Source: Promethearchaeia archaeon
GTDB lineage: Archaea > Asgardarchaeota > Lokiarchaeia > Sigyniarchaeales > SOKP01
NCBI GenBank assembly: GCA_029856045.1
Contig: JAHQWG010000030.1
Span: 1 to 29,919 of the forward strand
DNA: 29,919 bases
Reading direction: 5' to 3'
Below the pieces are notes generated by a model. The model saw nothing but the letters and a program-made list of their open reading frames with translations. It had not been told where the DNA came from and searched no databases. Shown piece after piece: positions 10,253 through 19,985 of this stretch (its first letter is position 1; each line of letters starts with the position of its first letter). Both the position numbers and the translations under genes were made by a program.

Positions 10253-11449
10253 ATGTCGCAACAAAATTTTGATTATGATGTTAGTATAATTGGTGGAGGT
10301 CCAGGTGGATCTACTGCGGGTTATTTATTGAGTAAGCTCGGACTTAATGTACAAATAATTGATAAGGATATTTTTCCACGACAAAAGCTATGTGGAGGCA
10401 TAATTACTTTTAAAACCCTTGACCTGTTAAATAGGTTATATAAAGAAACAACGGACACTCTTCTGGATAAAAATATTATAAATTATCACACAAATCGTTT
10501 TGAAATTAATTATAAAGTAAAAAGAATAATGTCAATAAATATTTCTAAGTTTCCTTTTTACTTAGTGGATAGGCGCGTGTATGATAATTTCCTCTTGAAT
10601 AAAGCGAAGGAAGCAAGTGTAGATGTAATTGAAGGAGATGAAGTAATAAAAGTAAATTTAGAAACTTGTGAAATTAATTTGTCGAAAGGTGATAAATTTA
10701 AAACGAAATTAATCATCGGTGCTGATGGGGCTAATAGTATAGTAAAGCAAGAATTTATACGTAATGGAATAATTAGAAAAGACAAATGGAATTATAATTT
10801 AGCTACAGGGCTTGAATGTTTTATTGATAGAAATAATTTAGAAAAAGGTCTTTTTAAATATCCTATAATTTCATTTGGATTTTTAAGATATGGATATAAT
10901 TGGTTATTTCCAAACAAAAACCAGGTAATCGTGGGTGTAGGGGGCCTCAATAGAAAAAATAAAGGTCTTTTCAAAAGAACATTAAATAGATTCATAACTG
11001 CTTTGAAAATAAATCCCGATGTCGTCTCTAGAGTATCAGGACATCCCATTCCTTATGGAAATTTCCACATTACCCCTATATATAAAAATAATATAATTTT
11101 AATAGGTGATGCAGCGGGTATTGCTGACCCGTTTTGGGGAGAAGGTATATATTACACTCAAAAAACCGCAGAGTATGCGTCTTTAGCAATTTTAAAAAAT
11201 TTAAAAAATTTAAAAAATTCTACCATCCTCTATTTACGTCTATTAAGTAAGTATATTTATTCGGAGTTAAGATATGCAATGAAGTTGAGATGGTTTATTT
11301 TTAATCCAATAAATTCCTTTTTTAGTTATTATCCCACACATCTAATGTTAAAATTAATGAGAAACAAATTAATAGAAATAACACACGGGATAAGATCCTA
11401 TAGATGGGGCATGAAAAAATTTTTTAAACTTGGAACATATCTTCAATGA
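10253..11449 (+). CDS. Geranylgeranyl reductase-family FAD-dependent oxidoreductase
   Basis: IIGGGPGGS, FPRQKLCGG, GADGANS, YNWLFP, GDAAG..DPFWGEGI. ATG 10253 is preferred over TTG 10244. Confidence 0.88.
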   Translation: MSQQNFDYDVSIIGGGPGGSTAGYLLSKLGLNVQIIDKDIFPRQKLCGGIITFKTLDLLNRLYKETTDTLLDKNIINYHTNRFEINYKVKRIMSINISKFPFYLVDRRVYDNFLLNKAKEASVDVIEGDEVIKVNLETCEINLSKGDKFKTKLIIGADGANSIVKQEFIRNGIIRKDKWNYNLATGLECFIDRNNLEKGLFKYPIISFGFLRYGYNWLFPNKNQVIVGVGGLNRKNKGLFKRTLNRFITALKINPDVVSRVSGHPIPYGNFHITPIYKNNIILIGDAAGIADPFWGEGIYYTQKTAEYASLAILKNLKNLKNSTILYLRLLSKYIYSELRYAMKLRWFIFNPINSFFSYYPTHLMLKLMRNKLIEITHGIRSYRWGMKKFFKLGTYLQ

Positions 11450-11462
11450 AATTATGTAAAGG

Positions 11463-12896
11463 TTAATTGCCAGAATTTTTTTTCTGCCCATACCAATTTT
11501 TTAAATCACCTAGTTTAAATTTTGTATCTATAAGAAGTTCCCCTTTTGCGTCTTTATTAATTATTTCAAATAATTCTTTGCAAATATCAGAATTATCTTT
11601 TGCTATATTGTCTTTCCATTCTGGGTCTTTTGATAAATCAAATAGTTTTTGGTCAGATCTATCATTAGATGTGATTAATGCATAGTGATCATCTTTATAT
11701 AATGTATACACAGTAAATCCACATGTAATATAATCTCGATTTTCAATTTCTTGATCATTTTCGTTATGAAATATAGAAAGATCGATACCTTCAAAAACAT
11801 CTGGTTTCTCTTTCCCTAAAAATCCAAATATCGTTGGTAAAATATCATGATTATATACATAAGACTTCTTAATTCTTTTTAGACCATTTAGACCGCCAGG
11901 TGGTTTGATCATAAAAGGGACATCTATAAGTTCTGGATATAAAAACATCGGAATTTTACCTGTTGCGTTATGCTCACCTATACTATGCCCATGATCGCTT
12001 ATTAAAATAATTAAAGAATCTTCGTATAATTCCATATTTTTTAATTCTTCAATAAAATAACCAAACCAATAGTCACACATAGAAACTTCACCCGCATAGC
12101 AAGCTCTCATGTATTTCAATTCCCCATTAGTAATATAATCTAAATTAGCACTATATGCAGGTTGGATTACTTTTTTTCCATTATAATTTTTATCTACGTA
12201 CAAGTCAAGATATTTCTGAGGTGGGTCCCAAGGCTCATGTGGATCAAACTCATCGATAACACATAGGACATTTTTTGAATCTTTTGTATCTTTAATAAAT
12301 TTAATTGCTTGTTCAAAAGTTTGCGCAGGAAAATAATCATTATCTACTTTCCTATCTTGCACATTACTAAAATAATTTTTTAAAATAGAACTCTGTCGCA
12401 TCCTGCCTCCAAGATGTTCGCAAATATGTTCTTTTACTTTTTGATTCAATTTTGTCTTGCCTGCTCTTAACTGCGCTCTAAATTTATCATGTTCATGACC
12501 TCTAATCCAATTCCATTGATCAAATCCGAGGTGAAAATTCATATTAGGTTTAAATTGATGGTAAGTACTCGTTATAAATGAAGTAACAAATAGATCTTTT
12601 TTCAAATATTCTGCTAAATGAATCTGGTGTGGAGGTATGGGATACCATCCAGGAATTATAACTATGTCATCTGTCCGAAGAGCCGGCTTTTTATGATTAA
12701 AAGGAAAAGTTCGTATTCCAGTATGTATTGCTCTGCGCACTTGAATCGTAGCTAAAGATTCTGGATATGCCTTATCAAAAACAATTGAATCTTTAGCAAA
12801 CTTATCAAAATTAGGAGTTTTTATCCAAGAATTACCATAAGTTTTTCCCGTATGGTCTTTTCTTAAAGTATCAAAAATTATTAAGAATATTTTCAT
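11463..12896 (-). CDS. Sulfatase/alkaline-phosphatase-superfamily hydrolase with Thr at the usual Cys/Ser position
   Basis: DTLRKDH, TPNFD, TIQVRRAIHTG, FDPHEPWDPP, YAGEV, SDHG, VPFMI, HDILPT, LFDLSKDP. Confidence 0.88.
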   Translation of the reverse strand: MKIFLIIFDTLRKDHTGKTYGNSWIKTPNFDKFAKDSIVFDKAYPESLATIQVRRAIHTGIRTFPFNHKKPALRTDDIVIIPGWYPIPPHQIHLAEYLKKDLFVTSFITSTYHQFKPNMNFHLGFDQWNWIRGHEHDKFRAQLRAGKTKLNQKVKEHICEHLGGRMRQSSILKNYFSNVQDRKVDNDYFPAQTFEQAIKFIKDTKDSKNVLCVIDEFDPHEPWDPPQKYLDLYVDKNYNGKKVIQPAYSANLDYITNGELKYMRACYAGEVSMCDYWFGYFIEELKNMELYEDSLIILISDHGHSIGEHNATGKIPMFLYPELIDVPFMIKPPGGLNGLKRIKKSYVYNHDILPTIFGFLGKEKPDVFEGIDLSIFHNENDQEIENRDYITCGFTVYTLYKDDHYALITSNDRSDQKLFDLSKDPEWKDNIAKDNSDICKELFEIINKDAKGELLIDTKFKLGDLKNWYGQKKNSGN

Positions 12897-12950
12897 ATTG
12901 ATTTCAATTTGATGTTATTTTTTGATTTTTTATCCTATGAAATTTAAATT

Positions 12951-15629
12951 TTATTTTTTAAGTTCCCATCGAAATGGTTTTTCTGGAGCACTTTTTCCAC
13001 TTAAGATAATTTTTTCCCTCTCAATAGTAATTTTTTCTTCTTTTCCATTAATCTCTACGGTTCTAAAAAATTTTAATTCATCTTCATTAAGGTTCAAGCT
13101 AATTTTCCAAGTACCCCCCACTTTAGGTGAGTACCATCCGGAGTAGCCGTTTTTTGTTTTCTTGAATCCTAAAAGCGGTGATGAAAATTCATATTCATCC
13201 TTCGGTAAAGTTGGTGTAAATTCTACACCTTCACTAGTAATTTTTGAACCAATTAATTTGGTTGTACTATATATTGGCCAAGCATGAGGATGTAAATTAA
13301 ATACTGGGAAATCAGTCCAACCCAATCCTACACTCCAAACAATTTCCTCCTCATCTTTTTTTGAATCTTCAGTGAGTAGAGCCTCGTTAAAAACAGTTTG
13401 CCCTGGATACTTAGATAAATTCGAATTATATGTATCTGGACCACTCCAAATTCCATACCACACTTCAGGGTAGCTTTCTGCATGAATGGCAAGTGTATTT
13501 TTTTTCCATTCATCCCATGCCATATCTCCATCTACTAATGATAAAGCCCATATCAATGTACCATTTATCGAAGCCCAAACTCCACCATTCGCTCCTTGTC
13601 CTTTATCTCCAACTACTTCAAGTCCTTTACTATGGAGTCTAGCACCAATCTTTGAAGGGTGGCGTACTAATTCATCAATTGAATGAACTAAAATATCTCT
13701 CTGTTCTGGGTCTATAGCTCCTCCAATAATAGCCCACGGTTGAGGTTCCAACCACATTTGATCTTCCCCGATCCATCCAAGTTCTTCTGTGAGCCATGCT
13801 CGTTTAAACCATTTTCCCGCCCATTGAGAGCGAACTGCCTTACGTTGAGCATCAGAATATTTTTGGACTTTTTCTGCCATCTCTTTATCACCAATGAAAT
13901 TCAGCATTTCTGCGTATATTCTAAGAGTGAAAATCGCCATGGCAGCATTCAAAACACTCTCTGCATATTTTTGAATCTCTCTATGTTTTTCAGGGGGGAT
14001 GTGACCAACAACAACAACGTCGTTCCAATCACCATTAGATAAACGTTGAAGGCCATGATGACCAGTTCCTGTTTTATCAACAAAATGCTTATAACATCGT
14101 ACCAATAAATCTCGTACTTTTACTTTATCTGCTTTAGGGCCGTAAATTGGATAGGTTGGAATCTCTTCCTCAAGAAAATTTATATCCCGTGTCGCAAGAA
14201 TATATTCACTAACCAACCATAGTAGCCACATTTCTAAATCACTAGGTTTAAAAAGATCGGGCATTATTTTTCCACTACCACAGATTCCGTAGGGTATTTT
14301 CCCACTCTTATATACAGTTTTTAAGGTGTATCTGAGAACATTTTTAACAATTTCTGAATTGCTATAAATGAAAGGTAGTGCATGTTGTAGGGGATCACGG
14401 GTAGCACCTTGAAATCCAATAATATATTGATAAACGTGCCCTTGGGAAAGTATATGTTCTTTAAAGTAACTGTCATATGTCATAGCACCTCTTAAGTAGC
14501 AATTATGCCACATAAGTTCACGATCTACCCAAGGTTCATCAGGGATAATTAATCCTATTCTATTATTTTTCCAACTCTCGCGTGATTTAGACCATAACAG
14601 GGATAAATTCTCTTTATATTTGTTTAAAAGAGAGTTAAGTTCGAATCCTTCTGGTAGATAACCGTAGGTAAAATATAAGGTTTGACTCGTACCAGGTTCT
14701 AAATGTATCTTATGCTCAAGAAACATAGCGCTTTCAGTACTGGAAGTAATAATTTTTGAAGTTAAATCTTCTTTAAGTCCATCTGGTGATTCGATTCCAC
14801 CTTTACCAAAAAATTCCGAGCTATTAGTACTCATTCGATCTGGCTTTGTATCTAAGGAAACAAGAAAAGTCATCGGTGGATTAATATCTTCATCTACTGG
14901 TTTGGGGTAAGAGGCCTTATCAACCTTATTTAAATCCTCAATAAATTTTTTTTCTTGAAGTCCCGTACCATCATTTATTATTTTAAATTTGTGTTTAAAC
15001 TGATCACTGAATTCTCGACGTATTTCTCTTGGATGCTTTTTACTTTTTTTTGTAATGGTTGTTGTATATGCCTTTAATGAAAATTGATACATATGACAAC
15101 CCCAAAACTCTATCCAGCGTAGATCAGTTGGGACTTTAAGATTATTAGTTATTGTAACTTGAGAGATCAATATTGGATCATCACCAAATGGCGCAAAAAC
15201 AATCTGATCGGCAATGTACCCATTTCCTCTCACTTTTTTTCGGATATAACCCAATCCAAAAATCCTATCAAATGATTCTCCATTTCCTGGGTAATATGTA
15301 CTCAAAGTAATCTTCCCATCAGTAAGATAACCGAACCCTCCTGCATAATGACCATGTTTAGGATCGTATTCATTAAGATATTTGGGGCTTCCTTCATCCT
15401 GTCTTACCTGAATATAACCATAGTTAGATGCTACAGCCACCAATCGATCATTACCTACTTGATGAAGATGTTCAGTTTTAGAACGCCAAGTTTCATTCAT
15501 AGGAGTAATTGCCTTAGGATCATTTATCTGATCACAAGTGTATCGATAAGCCGGCAAACCAAATTCGTCTTCGATCCATTCGCCAAAATAACCTGAACCA
15601 TATGATTTTTCTGTTATTTTTTTCATCAT
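12951..15629 (-). CDS. GH94-like (cellobiose-phosphorylase-like, (alpha/alpha)6) glycoside phosphorylase or hydrolase
   Basis: GATRDPLQH (compare GH94 RD..Q), SDLEMWL, GDWND catalytic-Asp motif, ESVLNA, EPQPWA, NGGVW. Confidence 0.72.
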   Translation of the reverse strand: MMKKITEKSYGSGYFGEWIEDEFGLPAYRYTCDQINDPKAITPMNETWRSKTEHLHQVGNDRLVAVASNYGYIQVRQDEGSPKYLNEYDPKHGHYAGGFGYLTDGKITLSTYYPGNGESFDRIFGLGYIRKKVRGNGYIADQIVFAPFGDDPILISQVTITNNLKVPTDLRWIEFWGCHMYQFSLKAYTTTITKKSKKHPREIRREFSDQFKHKFKIINDGTGLQEKKFIEDLNKVDKASYPKPVDEDINPPMTFLVSLDTKPDRMSTNSSEFFGKGGIESPDGLKEDLTSKIITSSTESAMFLEHKIHLEPGTSQTLYFTYGYLPEGFELNSLLNKYKENLSLLWSKSRESWKNNRIGLIIPDEPWVDRELMWHNCYLRGAMTYDSYFKEHILSQGHVYQYIIGFQGATRDPLQHALPFIYSNSEIVKNVLRYTLKTVYKSGKIPYGICGSGKIMPDLFKPSDLEMWLLWLVSEYILATRDINFLEEEIPTYPIYGPKADKVKVRDLLVRCYKHFVDKTGTGHHGLQRLSNGDWNDVVVVGHIPPEKHREIQKYAESVLNAAMAIFTLRIYAEMLNFIGDKEMAEKVQKYSDAQRKAVRSQWAGKWFKRAWLTEELGWIGEDQMWLEPQPWAIIGGAIDPEQRDILVHSIDELVRHPSKIGARLHSKGLEVVGDKGQGANGGVWASINGTLIWALSLVDGDMAWDEWKKNTLAIHAESYPEVWYGIWSGPDTYNSNLSKYPGQTVFNEALLTEDSKKDEEEIVWSVGLGWTDFPVFNLHPHAWPIYSTTKLIGSKITSEGVEFTPTLPKDEYEFSSPLLGFKKTKNGYSGWYSPKVGGTWKISLNLNEDELKFFRTVEINGKEEKITIEREKIILSGKSAPEKPFRWELKK

Positions 15630-15701
15630 TTAATTATTTACCTTAATATCTTAAAAAAATTAATATATTATTAATTAAATTTAATTTCACACTATACAAA
15701 A

Positions 15702-16337
15702 TTGAGAAATAAATTGAAAAAAGTAGCCGTTTCGATTCACGCAAGTGATGATTTTACTACAGATATTTTAAAAAATTTAAAAGGATTCGATTTTATCCAC
15801 ATAGACGTAATGGATGGAAGATTTGTTCCGAATTTAAAACTTAACCTAGAAATTTTAAAAAAAATCAAATTTGAGTTTGATTTACCTATAGAAGCTCATT
15901 TAATGGTTGAGAATCCACTTGAATATATTGAAAAAGTTATTGATTATATCGATATTTTCTTGTTCCATATTGAAATTAAAGAAAATATTCAAGAGATAAT
16001 TATGAAAATAAAGAGTTATAATAAAAAGGTGGGGTTGGTGATCAATCCCGACACAGAAATTCACAAATTAGAAAAATATCTCCCGATAATTGATACAATT
16101 TTGATTTTAGGAGTAAGTCCTGGATTTTCTGGCCAAAAATTTATAGAAACCACAGTAGATCGATTAAAAAAGATTGTAAAATTTAAGGAGAAATACCCAA
16201 TAGAAATAAGGGTAGATGGTGGGGTAAATTTAGAAAGTTCAAAAAAATTATCAGAAGCCGATATATTAATTTCTGCTAGTGCAATAATTAATACAAAAAA
16301 CCCTAATAAAGTAATAAAGGAATTAAAGAAAAGGTAA
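15702..16337 (+). CDS. rpe: Ribulose-phosphate 3-epimerase
   Basis: HIDVMDGRFVPNL, EAHLMV, INPDT, VSPGFSGQKF, VDGGVN; TTG start. Confidence 0.93.
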   Translation: MRNKLKKVAVSIHASDDFTTDILKNLKGFDFIHIDVMDGRFVPNLKLNLEILKKIKFEFDLPIEAHLMVENPLEYIEKVIDYIDIFLFHIEIKENIQEIIMKIKSYNKKVGLVINPDTEIHKLEKYLPIIDTILILGVSPGFSGQKFIETTVDRLKKIVKFKEKYPIEIRVDGGVNLESSKKLSEADILISASAIINTKNPNKVIKELKKR

Positions 16338-16353
16338 ATTTTTATATATATTG

Positions 16354-16367
16354 AAAAAAAAAAAAAA
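16354..16367 (-). terminator. Oligo-T (T14 on minus strand) archaeal-type terminator between convergent rpe and MFS genes
   Basis: A14 run about 25 bp downstream of the transporter stop codon. Confidence 0.5.
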
Positions 16368-16391
16368 TTTAAAATAATGGTTTAAGAGGTT

Positions 16392-17861
16392 TTAAAGCCC
16401 TAATTCTTTCAATTTTTCTTTATTTGCTTCTGCATCTTCCTTTCTTATTTTATACATTAGTGCGAAAATAATCGTGCCAATAAGGATAATAACCATTGGA
16501 ATTAGTGACATTTGGAGATTTAACCCCCATTTGGCAAGAGGAGTTTGGTTAGTTTCAAGTACAGGATTATATTCTGTGATATATGCTACTATTGCAAAAA
16601 TTAGAGTTTGAGAAAAATATGAAAATGCAGAAAAAACTCGCAATATACCATTGTAACTCCCTTCTTCACGTTTTCCTGAATTTACAGCAGCATTATCAAT
16701 TCCTTCAGCCATTACAAGATTAATAATCACACCATAATTTGCACTAGTAGGTATACCTACATAAGCTAACACTATAATTACTCCAATAATATCAGTTACA
16801 AAATAAAATGCAAGGAAACCAATAACATTTAAAATCAAACTCACTAAGTAAGTTTTTTTAACACCTATCTTTTTCGCTACCTTAATCCAAATGGGTGCTG
16901 AAATAATACTTACAATCATATAAAATAGTCCTGGTAAAATGGTAGATTCTATGCCCAATCCTAAACTATGTAAGACAAAAAAGTTTAAACCATATAACAT
17001 GCAAGCTCCAGCTATAGCCCAGCAGAAATTCGTAATTACAATAGCCATCCAATTTTTATCTCTAAATATGCGAATCACTACTTCTTTCACTGGAGAAGTA
17101 CCTTTTCCTGAATCATCTAATTCTACTCGAAATGCTTTCATCTTATCAGTTTCACGAACACCTAAATTATAGGGGAAAATCAATAAATAAACAACAATAA
17201 TGATTATTATTGTAGTAAACAAATAAGCAGTTAGGCTAGTTGCCCCTCCTAGACTTGCTATAAATAATGGAATCAAAATAGCAGATAATATCGAGGTTAT
17301 TCCACCTACAATCCCTCCAACTCCACTAACTTTCCTTCGTTGGTTCTCTTCTCGGAATAAATCAGGGAACAAAGATGTGTGGTTTATCTCATGTAATGTG
17401 CGAAATGTTTCGTAAATAACCATTATAATGCATAACCATATAGAGGCTATTAAAACTGCTTCAGGGTTTAGCACTTGACCGGATTCATCAACATTAATTT
17501 GAGCAACTTGAATGAAACATAAAATGAGTAAAATCGGACTTATAATAGCCCCAATCATAATCCATGGAAAACGCTTTCCAAATTTTGCTGTAAATCTTTT
17601 GGATCGATCAGTAAGATAACCTAAAACTGGATCATTGATGCTATCAACTATTGAGTAAATAAGGTAAATCACAGTAATTACAGCTTGTGGTATTAAAAGC
17701 ACTGATGCCGCAAAAAACTGAATATTCCCCCACATTCCAAACAAAAGTCCGTTGATTGGTCCACTTAATGTAAATAAAATCATTTTCTTATTAGTAATTT
17801 TTTCAGAATACCTCATTTTTGTAGATTCTGTCATAATACTTTCATTCCATATTGTTTTCAA
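16392..17861 (-). CDS. MFS transporter, GPH/MelB-like sugar:cation symporter
   Basis: DSINDPVLGYLTDR...FGKRFPW, SLFPDLF....RR, IDN....GKREEGSY.G; about 12 TM. The start may be a downstream ATG. Confidence 0.9.
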   Translation of the reverse strand: MKTIWNESIMTESTKMRYSEKITNKKMILFTLSGPINGLLFGMWGNIQFFAASVLLIPQAVITVIYLIYSIVDSINDPVLGYLTDRSKRFTAKFGKRFPWIMIGAIISPILLILCFIQVAQINVDESGQVLNPEAVLIASIWLCIIMVIYETFRTLHEINHTSLFPDLFREENQRRKVSGVGGIVGGITSILSAILIPLFIASLGGATSLTAYLFTTIIIIIVVYLLIFPYNLGVRETDKMKAFRVELDDSGKGTSPVKEVVIRIFRDKNWMAIVITNFCWAIAGACMLYGLNFFVLHSLGLGIESTILPGLFYMIVSIISAPIWIKVAKKIGVKKTYLVSLILNVIGFLAFYFVTDIIGVIIVLAYVGIPTSANYGVIINLVMAEGIDNAAVNSGKREEGSYNGILRVFSAFSYFSQTLIFAIVAYITEYNPVLETNQTPLAKWGLNLQMSLIPMVIILIGTIIFALMYKIRKEDAEANKEKLKELGL

Positions 17862-17982
17862 TTTTTTTTTAAAAATTAATTTCTATAGTTTTTTTTTATA
17901 AAGATTTAATTAAACAATCTATGTTAGTTAATTTAATTAACGATACAAACTTATATTTAAATGTTTATTTTTAAAAATATGG

Positions 17983-18010
17983 CTTAACTGGGAAAGATTT
18001 TCCCAGTAAG
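17983..18010. promoter_or_regulatory. GC-rich inverted repeat, candidate TetR operator
   Basis: ACTGGGAAA-gat-TTTCCCAGT (17987-18007, perfect 9-bp arms, extendable by CTT/AAG) lies between the divergent transporter and TetR genes. Confidence 0.55.
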
Positions 18011-18166
18011 GGCATTATGAATATAGGAAGATTTTTAATAAAAATGTAAATGAAATATGCTCTTTCATCAAAATATATAATTATAAAAATTAATCAATCT
18101 AATAATCATAATATTAAGAAATTTAAACTTTGAATTATAAGTTATTAAAAAAATTAGATAATCATA

Positions 18167-18844
18167 ATGGAAAAAAGTAAAAAGAAGAAAATAATTCCAA
18201 GAGCACGAGCACCAAAAAAAAAGGCAGAACAGTTTAATAGAATTCTAGAAACTGGAAAGGAATTATTTGTTAAATATGGCTCACATGGATTTAGTCTTCG
18301 AGCCTTAGCAAAACGTTTAAACATGTCTCAAACAAATGTATATAATTATGTAAAAAGTAAAAGAGAACTTTGGATTGCTATTAGGACAAAATATTATGGA
18401 GAATTTCAAGATGGGATAAATAGATTAATAGATGATCATCAAGGTTCCTATACTGACCTTTTTTTTAAAATGGCAGAATTTTTTTTGGAATTTGCAAGCG
18501 TTGATTTTAATCGATTTGCGATGATGTTTTTAATTTCTGCTCCCCCTTCCAATAAAATTGGTCCTCTAGAGAAAAATTATAAACCATTCCAAATAATGAA
18601 ATACATCTCAGTAATTGTGGAAAAAGCGGTAATTGCTAAAGAAATAAATAAAACTGAAGCTATTGAACGTTTATTTTATATATATGGGGTAATTCTTGGA
18701 GCGGCGAAAGTAGAGGCAGATCTTAAATTACGTGAAAGTATTACAGAACCAATAAAATTGGAATCTTATATTTTATCTGCTAAAGAATATAGAAAATTTG
18801 CTTTAGAACAAATTAGAGATTTGTTGGAGAAAAACGTTTTATGA
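18167..18844 (+). CDS. TetR/AcrR-family transcriptional regulator
   Basis: ILETGKELFVKYGSHGFSLRALAKRLNMSQTNVYNYVKSKREL HTH. Confidence 0.92.
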   Translation: MEKSKKKKIIPRARAPKKKAEQFNRILETGKELFVKYGSHGFSLRALAKRLNMSQTNVYNYVKSKRELWIAIRTKYYGEFQDGINRLIDDHQGSYTDLFFKMAEFFLEFASVDFNRFAMMFLISAPPSNKIGPLEKNYKPFQIMKYISVIVEKAVIAKEINKTEAIERLFYIYGVILGAAKVEADLKLRESITEPIKLESYILSAKEYRKFALEQIRDLLEKNVL

Positions 18845-19088
18845 AATAAATAATTTAGTTTAATACTACCAAGGATAATCTTCTAAATAGTTATTACATT
18901 AGATTTTTCAGCATTATTTAATTTTTAAATTTTCAAATTGTATTAATTTTTTTATAATAACAATTCAAATTATTATTTAAGTTAATTAAAAATAGATTGA
19001 AGATTACAGATATATGAAAATAAATTTTTACAAAAAAATATAAATTATTCTAATAATTTTTAAAGTAATAAAAAAAAAAGGTGAAATT

Positions 19089-19883
19089 ATGTCTAGTTCA
19101 AGAAATAAAATTTTTTTGCAAGTATCTAATATTATCGCTTTTATTTCAACAGTTGTAGTTAATATATTAGCAAACACTTTACCAATAAATGGAAAAACAA
19201 CTGCTGAGATTTCTGATTCATATCCTAATTTATTTGTTCCAGCAGGTTTAACTTTTAGTATTTGGGGTGTAATCTATGTACTATTGGGATTATTCGTGGT
19301 TTACCAAGGTCGTGATATCTTTAAAAGTCAAAAAGAAGAAATGTATTTTCTCGATCAAATAAGCTATCTTTTTATATTAACTAGTGCAGCAAATATCCTA
19401 TGGATCTTTTTTTGGCATTATGAATTAGTCCCATTATCCCTTGTTGCAATGCTAATCATACTTGCATGCTTATTAGCAATTTATTTACGTTTGAATATCG
19501 GAAAAAATAATTCAGGAATGTCTCGAATTGAGAAGTTCTCTATCCAAATACCTTTTAGTGTTTATTTAGGTTGGATAACCGTTGCTACGATTGCCAATGT
19601 TACTGCACTTTTAGTATCTATTGAATGGGATGGATTTGGAATCTCAGAAGCAATTTGGACAATAATTATACTTATTGTTGCAACTGTGATTACTCTATTA
19701 ATGCTCTTTATTAGAAAAGATATTGCTTATAGTCTAGTCATTATATGGGCATTTATTGGTATAATTATTAAACGATTGGATCCTTCATTAACTTCCCATA
19801 TTGATATTGTGATTACTGCTTCGATTGCAGTAGTTATAATTATAATCGGAATTATCTTTATTTTCATTAAAAAAAAGCGATAA
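19089..19883 (+). CDS. TspO/MBR-related tryptophan-rich membrane protein
   Basis: NILANTLPING, LFVPAGLTFSIWGVIY, ANILWIFFW, SVYLGWITVATIAN; GGTGA RBS upstream. Confidence 0.75.
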   Translation: MSSSRNKIFLQVSNIIAFISTVVVNILANTLPINGKTTAEISDSYPNLFVPAGLTFSIWGVIYVLLGLFVVYQGRDIFKSQKEEMYFLDQISYLFILTSAANILWIFFWHYELVPLSLVAMLIILACLLAIYLRLNIGKNNSGMSRIEKFSIQIPFSVYLGWITVATIANVTALLVSIEWDGFGISEAIWTIIILIVATVITLLMLFIRKDIAYSLVIIWAFIGIIIKRLDPSLTSHIDIVITASIAVVIIIIGIIFIFIKKKR

Positions 19884-19985
19884 TTTTTATTACGTTTATT
19901 TAAGTTGGTAAATCTAATAAGATATTAATTAAAATAAATATTGATTTAAATCAATTTTATTTTAAAAAATTTTTTTTGAAAGAAG

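Noticed and set aside
7849-17172. Many 60-100 aa ORFs nested in the GH2, GGR, sulfatase, GH94-like and MFS genes
   Set aside because: Antisense or off-frame shadows of well-supported long CDSs.
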